This document shows positions 12,119 to 24,791 of a stretch of 32,677 bases of DNA, piece after piece (position 1 is the first letter of the stretch; the number at the start of each line of letters is the position of its first letter). The stretch is from assembly GCA_016748015.1 (NCBI GenBank), contig JAAOMT010000721.1:11280-43956 (forward strand), given 5' to 3'. Position numbers and translations under genes: made by a program. Below the pieces are notes generated by a model that saw only the letters and a program-made list of their open reading frames with translations, ran no database searches and was not told the origin of the DNA. The stretch comes from Geosiphon pyriformis uo1. Lineage: Eukaryota > Fungi > Glomeromycota.

Positions 12119-14135
12119 GAAAATTGCTGTGAGACTTTTCAAGCCGAAGTTCAATTATATTGCGTGAGGGATAAAAATTCCCTATGATGAAGTAATGATT
12201 GATAAATCAAAGACTTTCTCACGTTTTACTGATAGTGATATGATTATCATTTCACAATAAACCTTATCAAATTAATAAGCAATATCCAAAGCATTATTTG
12301 CTGTTATAATTTTCTTTTTGGGTTTTTGAAATTAAAAATACATTTTTCTACAAAAATGAAGAAGAAATAAGAAAATTTTCTTAAGGAATTCAGCATTTTG
12401 AATAGGATTCCATTATCGTCCGTCTTATATTATTAAATTTATTGATTATACAGTCATCTCATATACTTAGTTCTTTACGGAAATCATATTGAGCTCATTG
12501 AAAGCCCGAAGTGGGGAAAATATTCTTTAAAATATAATTTTATCATTTTAAAAAAGTAAAAATTTTTGTTACATTCATATTCAAACATTTATAATTAATA
12601 ATTTAATAAGCTACGAATGCAAAATAGTTTAACCAAATTTATAATTTTAGTTCATAAAAAATTGCATAAAAAATATGAATAATTAAAGCAAAAACTGTGA
12701 ATATTGAGCAAAATCTATTATTAAAAACAATATAAATATAAATTAATGTGAACTTTTGAATATTTAACTATTCAAAAATGATTGATACAAAAATATATGA
12801 GTTGACTACAAAATGTAGTTCAGGCTTTTGCATATAATTTCCAAAGTTTTTCAGAACTATCTTTAGTAAAAATAGACTAAAATTTTTTTGTAAATTTCAT
12901 TTTATAATTATTTTATTTAATTCGAGTCGAAAAATTACATTATAAAATTAATCTATAAAATTGTTATTTCAATTATACTATGTGTGAGCATACATAAAAA
13001 ATACTTTTTCATAAATTGTTGACCAAGTATTCTAATATCATGAGCTGTTAAACAATTCAAGTTATTAAAGATATATTGCCTTTTATCAAACACAAATAAT
13101 GAGAATTTACTTTTTTTAAACCAAATAATTTATTTTTAATATTTTCATATTCAATTTCAATATTTTGGGCTAGTTCAAAAAATGGATTTTTGTTTTTCCA
13201 TGTGAATAAATATTTCTTATAAATAAATGGGTATACTTTTGACAAAAATATTTGTTTCTTTCCCGTATTGAATAACATTTTATTAATATTTGCATAATTT
13301 TTAGTTTATGATTAAATCTTTTCAATATTTTCAGTATTTTTGAATATTTGTACAAACCGAAGATATTCTTACATTTTTTGACGGAGTAACTAGTCGATGC
13401 GAATATCCCTTTTCTACAAAGAGAAATGTATGCGAGAAAATTTTCGATTGAAATTCAAGGCATTCGCATATGTACATAGAGCATGATGAAAAAAAATTAG
13501 CGTATATACTCACCTTGATTAATCCAGAAATCTTGTTTGAAATTGGTTAAAAAAGAAACATCAACGTAAATTTAATTATTTAAATAATAATGATAATAAT
13601 AATAAATGGCATTACAACTACTATAATTCGAATTTTAAATTTCTAGTTATTAAATATTTATATTGAATATTAATTTTTATTACTAACGCTTTGCCATTGA
13701 AATTCTTTTTAAATGATATGTAAAACAGCTATACAATTCTTTTTCCCGTTTTAATATCATTTTATATATGCGTTCAAGAAATTAACATTATTACTAATAA
13801 AATGTGAAAAATAAAGCTATTAAAACTCTCAAAATGTTTCAACATAGATTTCTTACTATGAAGGCACTTGTAAAAAAGTTATTCGAATAATCTCAATTGT
13901 CTTTTTCTATCGAAAATTCAGGTCTGACCTCGTTAAATTTTTCATATTCTGAAGAAGCCTATTTATTTCTTGTATGTCTTGTTATTATAATACGACAGGG
14001 TGAAATCTGAGATAACAAGTAGTAAAACCTGCGATGATCAGCCATGTAATGTAAAACCTGCGATAGATAGGATAGATTGGGTAAAACCTGCGATAGATTA
14101 GTAAAAACCTGTAAACCCCGTGATTGTATCAAGTG

Positions 14136-15070
14136 AGAAAATGAAATATATAAAATGTGTAAAGAAGGTAAAGGTACATTATTTTTACTACCATAACATT
14201 ATCACTAATAGGCGATTATGCTTTGTCTACTAGCTCTTTTGAAACAAAAAAGGCCATTTGGCGCCCATTATTGCCAACTATTCGATGCATACAAGTGCCA
14301 CTTATACAAGTACCCTCAGTGTTAGACTTATATATGTTTGATACGGTATCCCTAGGAGGTGGTAGTCTTAGTAACGGCTATAAAATTCTAGATCATGACT
14401 GTATGCATAAGAAGTGGGTAAGAGATTATTATTTATATGAATTATAGTTCTATACAATAGTATTTTATTGAATATTAAGGTACGTGAAGGAGATGTAAAA
14501 GCCATTACACTTGTAAATGAAGATGCAAACAAAAATTCAAATTCAAAGTTGGCATACGTAGAATATCTTGGATGTTCCAATAGGGTATAAAATAAAGAAT
14601 AATTTCTAATCAAAATTAAAAAGTATTAACTTTATCTTTATTTATAGAATGGGTGATACCGTATCAAAAAGACAAATCGACCAGCGACTGCCTCTGATCC
14701 TTGTCATCAATGTTACGGGAATTAGCACCATTAATGAAAAGACGTCTCTTCAGAACAAAGATTTACCAGAAGAAATCAATTTTCCTAAAGGAAATCAAAT
14801 TACAAAACAAAGGTAAATTTGAATTAAGTTTATCACTTACTCTATTTATTTATTAATTTTTTAATATAGATATCGCCTGATGGGAGTTTCTTTTTGTAAC
14901 GACATCCATCATATTGCCGATGTTCGTTTCGAAAATTTTAAAAATTCTGGCTGGTATCAATACGATGGGTTGCAAAAAACCTACAAAGCAAGGGCAATGG
15001 CAATTGGAAGTCGCGTCCTCCTCCCAAAAGTGGTTATACAATGGATTTTGTCATCTATGGAAAGATTTGA
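14136..15070 (+). pseudogene. 5'-truncated multi-exon USP-like (papain-fold, C19-like) protease fragment inside the TIR element
   Basis: Introns at 14168-14211, 14418-14479, 14585-14647 and 14813-14869. The spliced product includes RLPLILVINV..LPEEINF..YRLMGVSFCNDIHHIADV..GWYQYDG..GYTMDFVIYGKI*, matching the order of USP C-terminal boxes. Two apparent 1-nt frameshifts (~14652, ~15012). Confidence 0.65.
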
Positions 15071-15081
15071 GTTTTTTGCAA

Positions 15082-15421
15082 TAAAAACTGATCGTTATAT
15101 GTAATAAAGAAGGATCTCTATTTTTAAGCTTACCTGTTTCAATAATAACAGTATTACTTGTTTGAATTTTCCATTCAAAGTTGTGTCACTTAGTTTGGTC
15201 AACTTTACAGCACTTTCAATTGGGTCTACTCTCAAAATGTGCCGTTGTTCTTAAAAACTGATTGCTATATGTAATAAAGAAGGACCTCTATTTTTAAGCT
15301 TACCTGTCTCAGTAATAACAGTATTACTCGTTTGAATTTTCCATTCAAAGTTGTGCCACTTAGTTTGGTCGACTTTACAGTACCTTCAATTGGGTCTGCC
15401 GTCAAAAGGGGTCGTTGTTCT
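15082..15421. repeat. Tandem duplication, 2 x 170 bp
   Basis: 15082-15251 and 15252-15421 align without gaps. My hand count gives about 16 differences, about 13 of them transitions. Confidence 0.95.
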
Positions 15422-15859
15422 TAAAAAATGTCTATTTATCGCAGATTTCACTTGATACAATCACGGGGTTTACATGTTTTTACCCTATTGCAGGTTTTAC
15501 TAATCTATCGCAGGTTTTACATTACATGGCTGATAATCGCAGGTTTTTACTATTTGTAATCTCAGATTTCACCCTGTCGTATTATAATTATGAATTTTTG
15601 AAATTGCAAAAGTTTTAAATTTTAGATTAATATACACGTATATAAACAGTAAAAGGAATTAGATTATAAATAGCTCAACTTGTCACAAACTGGGATTCTT
15701 AAAGATGTTTTATGAAGTATTACTTGCTAAACTGAATTTATTCGTTGGAAAACTTTATTCTCTCGAAAATTCAGAAAACCTATTAAAATGTTAAATTTAA
15801 ATTGTATTGAAAATTATAAATAAAATGACAATAAATGTCTCGTGAGAAAAATTTTGCTT

Positions 15860-17973
15860 TTAAATTTGGTCTTGAGAAATTTTGTTTGATAGCATAGTCT
15901 CAATACTGGGGTGTCTTGGAATGAAACGAACAAAATAGGGTTTAGGAAATTGGAATATAGACCCGGGAGAAGTACTCATGTCAATAGGAATAGATTTTCC
16001 ATTTGAATCTTGATTTGCATTTTCAATTTTGAAAGCTGAAAGTAGCATGCTTGAGATATAGAGTAGTTCGAGTTCAGCCTGTACAGAGTTTTTAACAAGA
16101 AAAAAAAATTAGATATTCATTCCAAAATCTCTAACTGACCATTGAAACTTACTAAATAAATTCCGGTACATGTTCTTCTTCCAACTGAAAATGTATAATG
16201 GTCTCGAGTTTTATAGGAACCTTTTGCCGAAATGGCAAAACTTTCTTTTGAACCCATAAATCGCTCTGGATTGAAAATATCGGGATTTTCGTATCGATTC
16301 TTGTCTGAGTTTAGAGCGTAAATATTCAAAACAATTCTTGAATTTTTTGGAATTTGATATCCCATATATGTATCATCTTGTTCAAGATATCTAAAGACGG
16401 TTCGGACCTAGAAAAAATAGAGGTATTATTTATTAATTTTTGAAAAAAGCACAGCATTAAGCAATATTAAAAGAATGTTTCAGAACTGCAGGAGCCCAAC
16501 GAAGAGTTTCTTTAATGATTGATTGTATATATGGAAGGGAACTAAAGTCGGAAGTTGTTGGTAAACGTTTATCTCCAACCACTCTGTCTAATTCTTCATG
16601 AGCCTTTAGTTGAAACTCTGGATTGTTGACCAAATTCGCAATGAGCCAATTTGTGCTATTTGCCACAGTTTCCTGTTAGATATATAAATAAAATAATCGT
16701 TAATGCACAATCGTTTTTTTCACAAAATAAATTAGATTAATATAAAAAAATGTAATTTTTAACGTACTGTTCCTGCCATTAAGAAAAGTTCACACATTTT
16801 AACCACATCTAATTCATCCATTAACCCTTCATCCTGCTTCGTCAAAAAATCTCGAGCAACACATGGCTTCTTTTCCGGATCATTTTTTACCCTTTTCAAC
16901 AAGTCTCGCGTTACTGTTTCCCATTCTTCACGTAATTTAAGAGTTTTTAAATATTCCTTTCGAAAGGGAGGAAATGAATATAGAAATGGATACAAATTTG
17001 CAAAAATTATTTTGATTGACACAAATGAAAAGGCTGTTTCAAAGAATTGGACTAGCTGTTTATAAAGGGGATCTTGTAAATTTTCAAATTTAATTCCAAA
17101 CATAAGATTTACAATAATATTAAATGATGTGAAACGGAGGTAATGAGAAGGATCGATTCCTTCTGATTTTTTAGTATCCTTTAAAATCATCAAGACTAGG
17201 TTGTGGGTGCATTCTGCTACAAGACTAGAGTAAGATTCGACTTTTCGTTGATTTAAAAACCCGTGTGCTTTTGAAGGTGAAAAGGGAAATTAAAAAAAAT
17301 AACTCTGAAAGATATTATTATTGAGGAGAAATAAAAGTAAAAAAAAAATTGCTTCCTAACCTAACGGCGTCATTTTTCTATACCATTCATTATAAGGTGA
17401 AGAAGCAAAACTCTTATTGCGGTCCAAAAGGTTACCCAAATAACGTTTTGGTTGCGAAGAATAAATCGCACCTCCTATTAATCGATAAAATGATTAATTT
17501 CGAAATAGTTTTAAACTTTGGATAAAAAAAAAAGAAGAGTTACGTTTTAAGAGAAGGTCGTCGACGGCTTGAGCCTTATTGAGGATAACCCAACGCATAG
17601 GGCCAAAATAAATCATGAATATGTCACCATACGTTTCCCTCCATTCAACAAATCTGTAAATAATAATTAATGTTTATTAACAAAATGAATGATTTCAACA
17701 TTTAATTCGAATAAATATGAAATTAAAAAATGACGCAAACTTTTCTGCCATATTATTTCTCAGCAAAAAAAAGTGTCCTAATCGAAATTTAAAAAAATAG
17801 TCAAAAATTTTCTATAAAGAAAAAAAACCAACCAAAAATTTTTTTTTACCAAAAAACGGAATTGCGCCTGGTGGCACAGGCAACTGCGTTCCATCATATT
17901 TTTTTGCTTTCGAAGATTTGATATTATAAAAGTAAAGTGCGAAAATTAAGGCGATAATGTATAATAAAGCCAT
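15860..17973 (-). CDS. Cytochrome P450 monooxygenase (fungal microsomal, CYP64-like); 8 exons
   Basis: Exons 17973-17850, 17777-17741, 17653-17544, 17474-17361, 17267-16768, 16672-16487, 16407-16153 and 16078-15860. Motifs: N-terminal anchor, PVPPG hinge, YGDIF, KRGAIYSS, I-helix AGTET, K-helix ETLR, FNPERF, and heme motif FSVGRRTCTG. Confidence 0.95.
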
Positions 17974-18501
17974 AGTAAACTCTAATATTCAAAATCTCTT
18001 ATAGATTTTAAATGAAAAGTAACATTTCTATTTTTTAGGACACTATTTATACGAAGTCGATGAATATCCATTCTACATGGAATATTTACATCATTAGGGT
18101 TTTTTTGATTCGATTATTAAGCTATTTTCACTATATTAAACTATTATCAAATAGTTTTATATAAACAGAGCTAAAAAAAAAAAAAATTCTCTAACAAATG
18201 GCGTAATATATAATAAATTTGGGAATTTCAATGAGCCAATATTTTTGAAAAAAGCTTTAAGCAAAGCATGTGATATAAAATGCTAATGATTACAAACAGA
18301 AACTGTTTTTCAATCAATGAATCTATTACCAAAGAGATTCGCTAATCAACTCAGAGTTTTTTAAATTTGACAAGCTCATTAGTTTATAAGGAAAAAATGA
18401 GAGATTATATTTTCCCATCTATAATGTATCGTGTTTCCTTGTAGAAATCAACTTTTACCAAGTTAAAGATGATTTAAAATACATAAGACTTATAAAATTT
18501 T

Positions 18502-18503
<2 letters not shown>

Positions 18504-18534
<31 letters not shown>
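18504..18534. repeat. (TAA)n microsatellite
   Basis: About 10 perfect TAA units. Confidence 0.9.
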
Positions 18535-18535
<1 letters not shown>

Positions 18536-19796
18536 GTGTCAAATTGATTTATATACAATTAGTGAGGTTTTATTTATTATATCACATTATTATAAAATTA
18601 CTTTAAAAATGGCAATTAATGAGACATATTTAAATTTCTTCGCCTAGCTTTAGTAACATCTAAAAACTTTTATCTATCATCAAAAATCCAGTATTTATTT
18701 GTATTGGAAACAAATCAAAATTTATTTACTTTCTATCAACAAGAAATTACAAATGATCCGAAAATTCCCTAAATCTTTATTTTATTGCTTCTTCTTTTTC
18801 GTTTGAACTAAAAAACATAAAGATTTATCTAACCTCAATTTGTAGAAAGTTATAAATTGATAAGGAAAAATAAGGTTACATTATCTCTTAATCCTCTAAT
18901 ATTCATAAAGGGAAATTTCAAAAGTCAATAGACAAACTTACACTACCCCAAAATTATGATCCAAGTCTCATTAATAATCCAGTAATGAAAAAGCAATAGA
19001 ATAGAACTTTGAGGTTATAATGGTAAAAAGTTATGCCCAAATACCTTAAGAAAAAGGAAATCAGTTCGTCTATCTTATCTTCTAAAGGAATCTTGTTTAT
19101 TTTTCTAATAAACTAAGATCTCACGATATTTTAAATATGTTCCATTTTAGAAGGTGCCCAATCCAATCATGCGAAAAAAGTTGATTTTGATATTTAGTGT
19201 TTAATTTGTTTATGGTATGATGCGAAAAACAAAATTTTTTTTTGTCACTCGGAGACTATTAAAGCCTGTTTTTTTTTATACTGATTTTTAAGATATTGAT
19301 AACCCATCTTCCCAAAATTCAATAAATGGAATTTAAATTGTAATTAACACATCTCTTGCGTAACTAGAGTTAGGGAAAAGAGAATTATGAGGCATGGAAT
19401 TTCACTCGCCCCAGTATTAACATATTTTTCAGCTGAAAATGTTTATATTAATTGAATAAAGTACTCTTGAAAAGATTTTACTTATAATTCTGAAATAGAT
19501 TAAAACATGATATATTAAAAACTAAATAAAAATTGGTTCTTATTAATTTATAAAACATGTAAATATAATCAGTTTTAAGTATATATTTATTTTTATTTTT
19601 TAAGTAAATCTTAATATATAAAATTTATATTTTTGTGAATTTCAATCATTAATAATTTGTGTGATTTAATTTTTCAAATATTAAAAGCAAAATAATTTAT
19701 AAAATTAATTGTTATAAAAAAACTTCAACATAAGTGATTTTAATTATTTTAAAAAATTTATATTTTTTAACTTTATGTAATTTCATGATTAAATAA

Positions 19797-19800
<4 letters not shown>

Positions 19801-19830
<30 letters not shown>
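19801..19830. repeat. (AT)15 microsatellite
   Basis: Perfect AT dinucleotide run. Confidence 0.95.
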
Positions 19831-19834
<4 letters not shown>

Positions 19835-20296
19835 TTATGAATTCATTATACATTAATATTTTAAAATTTTCTAATGAAAATATTTTTTGAACAGTTATTT
19901 ATCAATGACATTAAGAACATATTTTTATTTAAAAAGAAATAAATACAATCAATATTTATTTTAAATAAAAATAAAATGAAAAAAATAATATTCAAAAATC
20001 TTAAAATTAATTAATTTATTAATAAATAGAATTGAATAAATATTTTGATTTCAATTTTAAATGCATTAACGTTATCAAATAAGTAAAAAATAAATATTTA
20101 AAAGTAATTTTCAAGCCTTGTTTTAAAATAATTTTAAAAATAAAAAAAAAATTCAATATTTGTGCTATTAAAGAATCTTTCAAAATTTCTAAAGTTTAAA
20201 TTTAACTTTTTCCACATTCAAAATTTTAAAGGCAATATTATTTTTTTCATTTTATTTCGATTTTATCATAACTCGAACTAAATTTTTAAGAAAATT

Positions 20297-21617
20297 TTAA
20301 TTAGGGCAAAGACCCATATAATAACCAAAATAGGGTCCACTATGATAATGATTATCGGCCATATATTGGGGTACATTAACTTGTCTATGAAATTGGGCAT
20401 TGCAAAGCTGTTTTTTGTAAGAGTATAGATTAAACAATAAAATTTTAATAAAATACTTAATTTAAAATTTTTTGATTTGGAACAAAAAAAGCTAACCTTA
20501 TTCAAATCTTTAGTTCCTCGTTGCTCACACTTATATACCTCTGGGAAAGAACGTTTTGCAACTGGATCGTCAACAAAACATTCACATTGATTTTGTTGTG
20601 GTATCCAATATTCTGTTGAAAGAGGCCAATACTCTGGAACATTTAGCGGAAAACCGGGAACGTAGTCTTTACCATAGGTTACACGATAAAGTCTTACATT
20701 CAGATACACCTCATATGCAAAATAAAAATCGCCCATTTTTGGTTGCCCGAATGTAACGACAATTGGTTTTTGTTTATATTTTTTTGCATAAGCTAGACCG
20801 GCAAAGACAGCTTGAACTAGAAAAACAGAAATTTAAATTCTTAAGTATTTTCTATAATAAAAAAATTTTTTAAAATATTTGAACTTTTACCTCCTGCAAT
20901 TCCAAAGCCAGTAAATTCAAAATAACATTTTTTCCCGGGAATTCCCATTTTTGGATTTTGGCTATGAATATCATAAACTTTTTGCCAAAATGTTTTGAAT
21001 TTGTTTAAGTGTAATCTCAGCCAGACATCATGATACTCTTTATCAACTCCGGCAAACATATTACCCCGAAATGGAACTAATGTATGGATTTTGCCTTCAT
21101 AATGTTCCGGAGTGTTGAAATAAACAATTCGTGTTTCCGGCTCCTTTTTTTTTCGTTTCTCGGCTTTTATTACAAATTTTGCTATTTCAGAAAATCAAAA
21201 TGTGATTTCATCAATAATTGGACAATATTCGAGTCATCGATTTCTAAATACATATTGGGTACCATAAAGATCCGTCACAAATTTATCTTCTTTTGAATCT
21301 AAACATGCTGCATAATAAGCATAAAATGCATGTTGAGCGAGAAGAGCAAGCTCTTCTTCATCGGTCACACGAACTTTGAGATTTGTATCAAAATTTCTTG
21401 AATTTAACGCGTATGTTTTGTTAAATCTCTGTGTAAAGTTTTCATTAGAAATAAGGATTTTATTTCGTTCATGAAGATATTTTGGTTTTGATCTTGAAAA
21501 GTTTGAATCTGAAAAAAACCTAAAAGCCTCTCGAAACAAAAGCAAGTTCAGAAAAACGAGACAAAAAAAAAGTTTAAAACTTAATTTCTCGCTTTTAAAA
21601 AGTCTCAGAGTTTGCAT
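20297..21617 (-). CDS. Class-3 lipase-like protein, copy 3 (Ser->Gly, GFGIAG); 4 exons
   Basis: Exons 21617-21263, 21181-20891, 20816-20497 and 20407-20297. Motifs: hydrophobic N-terminus, helix EEELALLAQHAFYAYYAAC (cf. mature N-terminal helix of Rhizomucor lipase), FTGFGIAG, VVTFGQPKMGD, YRVTYGKDYVP, TEYWI, LCNAQF, HSGPYFGYYMGLC. Confidence 0.9.
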
Positions 21618-23079
21618 TGTTTTTTTTTTTTAAGTGGTTGAATACAATCAAATCAGTTACTAAATAACACGAGATGCGAACGCTTATTAAATATGGCATA
21701 ATCAAATAAATCTTTTGTTTATTATTTGGGGAACTCTTTCAAAAACGCTTGTAATCTTTGAATCTTTCAAATTAAAAGATTTTTCTCATGAAATACAAAA
21801 TGAATTCACAAGGCCTCCAAAGTTACAAAGATATTCGACATTTTTGGGATGAAATTTGGCATGAATTACTATATCAGATTAGCGGTTGTTTTTTTAATTA
21901 ATTACATGTAATTTTTCGTGGGAAATGGTAACGATCACTGTTTGTATGGAACAAAAAATGAAGAAATTGCTAGACTTTGACATCATTAATTAAAGATCGA
22001 GTCGATTGGACAAAAACATGACTTGATATTTCCGGTTAAAAAGGGGCTGGCTCTAGGCAAACATTGCAAAGGAACTTTTTTAGTTCAATCAGTAATTTTA
22101 ATTGGCCATATAATCTCATAATTAATATTTAAAAATAAAAAATAAAAATATTTGATATTAAAAACAAAAATATTCTTGGATTAATATGATGAGAACTTTA
22201 AACAATCAACGCGTGAAACTAAAAAATTTCTTGAAATTTTTTAGGAAAATAATACCAAAAAACATAAATCTGTTAAAGCTTTTTAAAATTCGATTTGTCA
22301 TCTTCTCTAACGAAATAAATTTTATAAAGTTTTTTCAATATTTTTTTTTCATCAAAAATCTATTATCGAAACTTTGTGGGATACAACGAAATAAACACAA
22401 AAGTACAATTTGATACCGTTTTAAAACAAAAAAAATTAATTCACGTCCAATTCAAATCGTCCCGGAAAAGAAATTTTTATGTTCATTAAGAAAAATAAAA
22501 ATAGAGTTGATCCCTGGCTAACTATTATTATTTAAAGGTTATTTGAAAATTTTTATTTAATACTTTGTTCAAAATAAAGTAATTTATGATTCTATGTTTA
22601 AAAGTAATTGAGTATGGAACATTTTTTGAATTTAAAATTATCAGCCTAGGCTTTTAGTTTATTTCAGAAGGTTTTGAGGCTTGTTAAAATATCTAAATAT
22701 TTATTTTAAAAGGCTAAGAACGTTGAGAATAAAGTGATACAATATAATCAAAATTTTATACATATTGATGTAAAAACAAAATCATATTATTATGATGAGT
22801 AAAAAAATTTATTATTTTAAAATTTGAACAAGATTTTAATTTTTATACATTGATTTATAAAATTGCATGACAGAAGCTAAAATAACTTAACTCATTTTTA
22901 TAATCTTTTTTGAAGTTAAATTAATTTTTAAATTTTATTTTGAATTGATTGAAAACAAATTGAGAAAAATGGTAAAATGAATTATAAATTTCAAAGTTTA
23001 ATTAACAAGTAAAATTAAAAAGATGTGTAAGAATATTAAAAACAAAAAATTCTTTCTCTTTCCTATTTTTTTAATAACT

Positions 23080-23760
23080 ATGGCCAAAGCAAAGAGTAAA
23101 AAAGAAACAATCACTTTTCTTATAATAATAATAATAGTATTACAACCAAGAAATCTTCTTGGTTGTAAAACCGACTAAAAAAGGTATTGTAGAAGCATTT
23201 TTTTAAGTATTTCTGATGCAAACAGTCTTCAACTATTTTAGAGCAATTTTTTGGTCTTTGGTTGAAACTTTTTTTTAATCAAAGTATTAAGATGAAAAAA
23301 ATAGAAAGAACCAAATAAGTCAAGTAAAACAAAACAAGATTAATTAAATTTCTTATTCCTATAACTAATGTTTATCTGCTTAAAAAACTAAATACAGATC
23401 TGGCCAGTCCCTTTTTTTATATTCAAATACTTCAAAATTTCTTACTAACTTGAATTGTAAGATGACTGGGATATTCTAAAATGGTCAAAAGATTTTGTGA
23501 TATTCCTTATGTTTGTAATTATTTTCTTCTTGAGTAATGTCTTCCAACTAGAACAGGTTTTTTAAAATACTATACATAGAACTTTTGAACCAATCTTAAT
23601 GCATTTACAACATTGTCTGTATGCTCTTAAGTGGTTTTCAATATAAGGTACTTTTTCTAAAAAAAACCGAATATTTAAGCTGCTTTTTAATCCTTCCAAA
23701 ATTCTAATTTTTTTTGATTTTAAAATAAGCAAAAATTATAGTAAACCAAAGAATTTACAA
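23080..23760 (+). mobile_element. Possible decayed non-LTR retrotransposon ORF1 relic
   Basis: Starts ATG GCC AAA GCA AAG AGT AAA AAA (MAKAKSKK) and continues with frameshifts into LVVKPTKKGIVEAF. From memory this resembles N-termini of repeat-derived (LINE ORF1-like) hypothetical proteins in Geosiphon. Unverified and heavily disrupted. Confidence 0.3.
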
Positions 23761-24791
23761 CACAAACCTTAAACTGAAAACAGATGTTATAAACTTTTTA
23801 AAACTGTAAAAAAAATATTAGTTTTTTGTTATATTCTTTTTTTTAAATTTGAATATCCAAAAATGAAAAATAAAATTTTTTTTTCTTATTTGTATATTAT
23901 TAAATAAATAATCAGAAAAGCCAAAGCAGCAAAAAAAAACTTTTTTCTCATGATTAATGCTGAAAATCTCTTTAAAATTAGCTTAATATAATTTTATTTA
24001 ACAGATTATTGTCAATTACAAAACAAAATAAATTATGTTTTAACATGTAATTTTTCTAATTATATTGTAAAATTACTTATTTTGAAAAGTTAAATTGCCA
24101 GTTTTTTATCTTAGAAATTCAAATCAAGATTTTTGATAATATAATAACTAATTTGTTCAAAGACTTTGTTAAACCATAAAAAATTTTGTTGTGTATACAT
24201 TTGATAATAATAAAATAAATATAAAAAAACCTCTGTATATAAAAATACATTTTAGAAAAAAATTGATTTTTGGAACCTGTTTGATTTTTTTATTAGACTT
24301 AATGCCAATAAAACTGCCTTTTAGATGAATAACATAGTTTTTAATAGCAGAATTTAAGTTACTTTATTTGTAAAATAAGTGCATTAGAATGGTTTTCCAG
24401 TTAGCATAATGTATTCTTAATATAAATTTGAAGAGCTGGTAATGTGTAGAAAATGCATAATTCACTTTAATAACATGCTAAAATGGTAGCTGCGAGTGTA
24501 ATTTATAAATTTTTTATTGTAATAAAACTTTCGATCAAGTAAAAATTTAAAAAGTATAATAGAAAAAATTTTATGGGTTTTCAACTAGAAGAAATCAATT
24601 TATTTTTCAATTGAAGAAATTAACAATTGACTAATGATTGGTAATATTAAATGATTTGGTTGTTGGAATATTATCTCAGGACGCGTAATAAATTTATAAT
24701 TATTTCTTTATTTTTTCTTATTATATGTAGTGAAAATTTCAAAAATTATATTTGTAAGATTCTAAGAAATGACTATTTTTTAATAAGGCTA

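Larger units (their letters stand above)
13991..15581. mobile_element. Non-autonomous TIR DNA transposon, ~1.6 kb, with long repetitive TIRs
   Basis: The left end TACGACAGGGTGAAATCTGAGAT (13991) is inverted at the right end ..ATCTCAGATTTCACCCTGTCGTA (15581). Inverted similarity extends ~140 bp inward to GTAAACCCCGTGATTGTATCAAGTGA. TTATAA flanks both sides (13985-13990, 15582-15587). Each end has several GTAAAACCTGCGATA-type subterminal repeats. Confidence 0.92.

Noticed and set aside
13057-13513. Overlapping short minus-strand ORFs
   Set aside because: AT-biased composition (K/N/I/F/Y), no motifs and no coherent splicing.
14022-14115. GTAAAACCTGCGATA repeats with short spacers (CRISPR-like look)
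   Set aside because: Too short and irregular, and mirrored at the other element end. These are subterminal TIR repeats in a eukaryote, with no cas genes.
23140-23168. Perfect 13-bp hairpin TTACAACCAAGAA-atc-TTCTTGGTTGTAA
   Set aside because: AT-rich and inside a decayed coding-like tract. No clear Helitron CTAG terminus or other supporting context.
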